Made by a program: the position numbers and the translations under genes. Below are positions 60,401 to 64,000 of a stretch of DNA of 64,000 nucleotides, piece after piece. The stretch's first letter is position 1; every line of letters starts with the position of its first letter. Under the pieces are notes generated by a model that saw only the letters and a program-made list of their open reading frames with translations, was not told the DNA's origin and searched no databases. The DNA is from Balanoglossus misakiensis (lineage: Eukaryota > Animalia > Hemichordata), in assembly GCA_040954595.2 (NCBI GenBank), contig CM082598.2, forward strand, positions 7,021,097-7,085,096. Reading direction: 5' to 3'.

Positions 60401-63400
60401 TCAAAAAATGACAATCTTTCAACTTTGCAAAATCTCAAAATTTCGTCAATATTTGAAAAAAATCATAGGTTGAAAGTCATCAAAAAATGATAGTTTTTCA
60501 ACTTTGCAAAATCTCAAAATTGCGTCAATATTTGAAAAAAAATCATTGGTTGAAAGTTATGAAAAAATGACACTATTATAACTTTGTAAAATCTCAAAAT
60601 ATTGTCAATATTTGAAAAAAATCATGGGTTGAAAATCATCAAAAAATGACAATTTTTCAACTTTGCGAAATCTCAAATATTCGTCCATTTTTGAAAAAAA
60701 AATCATGGGTTATAGATCATGAAAAATCATCAAAAAACGAAAAATTTTCGACTGCGAAATCTTTGCGAATCGTATATTTTTGAAAAAAAATCATTGGTTA
60801 TAGCTCGTGAAAATCTTTAAAAAATAATAGTTTTTCAACTTTGCAAAATCACAAAATTTCGTCCATTTTTAAAAAAAATCATGGGTTTAAAATCATCAAA
60901 AAATGACAATTTTTTACTTTGCAAAATCTCAAAATTTCGTCAATTTTTGAAAAAAAATCATGGGTTTAAAATCATCAAAAATTTACAATTTTTCGACTTT
61001 GCAAAATCTCAAAATTTCGTCAATTTTTGAAAAAAATCAAGGGTTGAAAGTCATGAAAAAATGACAATTTTAGAAATTTGCAAAATCTCAAAATTTCGTC
61101 AATATTTGAAAAAAATCATTGGTTATAGATCATGAAAATCATCAAAAAATGAAAAACTTTCGACTATGCGAAATCTTTGCGAATCGTCGATTTTTGAAAA
61201 AAATCATGGGTTGAAAAACATCAAAAAATTAAAATTTTTCAACTTTGCAAAATCTCAAAGTTTCGTCAATTTTTGAAATAAACATGGCTCATAGATCATG
61301 AAATCATCAAAAAATGACAATTTTTTAGTCTTAGCAAAATCTCAAAATTACGTCAATTTTTGAAAAAAATCAAGGGTTGAAAGTCATGAAAAAATGACAA
61401 TTTTAGAAATTTGCAAAATCTGAAAATTTCGTCAATATTTGAAAAAAATCATTGGTTATAGATCATGAAAATCATCCAAAAATGACAATTTTTCAACTTT
61501 GCAAAATCTCAAAAAAATTCGTCAATTATTGAAAAAAATCATGGGTTGAAAATCATCAAAAAATGACAATTTTTCAACTTTGCAAAATCTCAAAATTTCG
61601 TCGATTTCTGAAAAAAAATATGGCTTACAGATCATGAAAATCATCAAAAAATGACAATTTTTCAACTTTGCAAAATCTCAAAATTTCGTCGATTTTTGAA
61701 AAAAATAATGGGTTGAATATCATCTAAAAATGACAATTTTTCAATTTTGCAAAATCTCAAAGTTTCGTCAATTTTTGAAAAAAATCATGGGTTGAAAGTC
61801 ATCAAAAAATGACAATTTTAGAACTTTGCAAAATCTGAAAATTTCGTCAATATTTGAAAAAAATCATTGGTTATAGATCATGAAAATCATCAAAAAATGA
61901 CAATTTTTCAATTTTGCAAAATCTCAAAGTTTCGTCAATTTTTGAAAAAAAACATGGCTCATAGATCATGAAATCATCAAAAAATCACAATTGTTTAGAC
62001 TTAGCAAAATCTCAAAATTTCGTCAATTTTTGAAAAAAATCATGGGTTGAAAGTCATGAAAAAATGACAATTTTAGAACTTTGCAAAATCTGAAAATTTC
62101 GTCAATATTTGAAAAAAATCATTGGTTATAGATCATGAAAATCATCAAAAAATGACAATTTTTCAACTTTGCAAAATCTCAAAAAAATTCGCAAATTATT
62201 GAAAAAAATCATGGGTTGAAAATCATCAAAAAATGACAATTTTTCAACTTTACAAAATCTCAAAATTTCGTCAATTTTTGAAAAAATCATGGGTTTAAAA
62301 TCATCAAAAAATGACAATTTTTTTAACTTTGCAAAATCTCAAAATTTCGTAAATTTTTGAAAAAAATCATGGGTTATACATCATGAAAATCATCAAAAAA
62401 TGACAATTTTTTCGACTTTGCAAAATCTCAAAATTTCGTCGATTTCTGAAAAAAAATATGGGTTACAGATCATGAAAATCACCAAAAAATTACAATTTTT
62501 TACTTTGCAAAATCTCAAAATTTCGTCAATTTTTGAAAAAAATCATGGGTTTAAAATCATAAAAAAATGACAATTTTTTTCTTTGCAAAATCTCAAAATT
62601 TCGTCAATTTTTGAAAAAAATCATGGGTTTAAAATCATCAAAAAATGACAGTTTTTTTCTTTTCAAAATATCAAAATTTTGTCGATATTTGAAAAAAATC
62701 ATGGGTTGAAAATCATCAAAAAATGACAATTTTTCAACTTTGCAAAATCTCAAAGTTTCGTCAATTTTTGAAAAAAAAACATGGCTCATAGATCATGAAA
62801 TCATCAAATAATGACAATTTTTGAGACTTAGCAAAATCTCAAAATTTCGTCAATTTTTGAAAAAAATCATGGGTTGAAAGTCATGAAAAAATGACAATTT
62901 TAGAACTTTGCAAAATCTGAAAATTTCGTCAATATTTGAAAAAAATCATTGGTTATAGATCATGAAAATCATCAAAAAAATGACAATTTTTCAACTTTGC
63001 AAAATCTCAAAAAAATTCGTCAATTATTGAAAAAAATCATGGGTTGAAAATCATCAAAAAATGACAATTTTTCAACTTTACAAAATCTCAAAATTTCGTC
63101 AATTTTTGAAAAAAATCATGGGTTTAAAATCATCAAAAAATGATAATTTTTCAACTTTGCAAAATCACAAAATTTCGTCCATTTTTTAAAAAAATCATGG
63201 GTTGAAAATCATCAAAAAATGACAATTTTAGAAATTTGCAAAATCTCAAAATTTCGTCAATATTTGAAAAAAATCATTGGTTATAGATCATGAAAATCAT
63301 CAAAAAATGAAAAACTTTCGACTTTGCGAAATCTTTGCGAATCGTCGATTTTTGAAAAAAATCATGGGTTGAAAAACATCAAAAAATTAAAATTTTTCAA

Positions 63401-64000
63401 CTTTGCAAAATCTCAAAATTTCGTCAATTTTTGAAAAAAAAACATGGCTCATAGATCATGAAATCATCAAAAAATGACAATTTTTTAGACTTAGCAAAAT
63501 CTCAAAATTACGTCAATTTTTGAAAAAAATCAAGGGTTGAAAGTCATGAAAAAATGACAATTTTAGAAATTTGCAAAATCTCAAAATTTCGTCAATATTT
63601 GAAAAAAATCATTGGTTATAGATCATGAAAATCATCAAAAAATGACAATTTTTCAACTTTGCAAAATCTCAAAAAAATTCGTCAATTATTGAAAAAAATC
63701 ATGGGTTGAAAATCATCAAAAAATGACAATTTTTCAACTTTACAAAATCTCAAAATTTCGTCAATTTTTGAAAACAATCATGGGTTTAAAATCATCAAAA
63801 AATGACAATTTTTCAACTTTGCAAAATCTCAAAATTTCGTCGATTTCTGAAAAAAAAACATGGGTATTAGATCATGAAAATCATAAAAAAAATTACAATT
63901 GTTCAACTTTGCAAAATGTCAAAACTTCGTCGATTTTTGAAAAAAATCATGGGTTATAGATCATGAAAATCATCAAAAATGACAATTTTTCAACATTGCA
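57467..64000 (+). repeat. AT-rich satellite with ~79-bp and ~88-bp monomers, continuing past the window end
   Basis: ATGGG at 59532 and 59611 (79 bp). The long variant adds ATAGATCAT. Core: TCATCAAAAAATGACAATTTTTCAACTTTGCAAAATCTCAAAATTTCG. Confidence 0.96.

Noticed and set aside
57655-63959. Short ORFs in the AT-rich satellite
   Set aside because: Chance open frames in tandem repeats.

Overview
Eukaryotic (metazoan; probably an invertebrate, by inference) repeat-rich window with no recognisable host gene. From left to right: (1) a 1.5-kb internally deleted piggyBac element with TIRs and TTAA target duplications (15-1514), old interspersed repeats, and a Helentron/HINE-like element (about 3031-4412); (2) a ~35-kb array of a 192-bp satellite (about 7035-42445) with nested higher-order repeats, whose monomer is stop-free in one minus-strand frame and produces most of the ORF track; (3) a young Ngaro-type tyrosine-recombinase (YR) retrotransposon with split direct repeats A1..B1-A2-B2 (31491-38044, minus strand), inserted precisely into the satellite; (4) a second, decayed YR retrotransposon (about 45468-57466, minus strand) whose YR gene is split by an intact Gypsy LTR retrotransposon (46800-54361) with apparently identical LTRs, a GTAG TSD, a tRNA-Ser PBS, an RRM-bearing gag and a -1 frameshift pseudoknot; (5) an AT-rich ~79/88-bp satellite that switches orientation across the second YR element. 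The most notable observations are in the Ngaro element: gag and pol are in frame and separated only by TGA-CTA, a candidate stop-codon readthrough signal (pol has no ATG before its catalytic site); RT is fused in frame to the YR catalytic domain; and gag is interrupted by a 2.2-kb copy of the adjacent flanking satellite. All comparisons were made by eye, without alignment or database searches.
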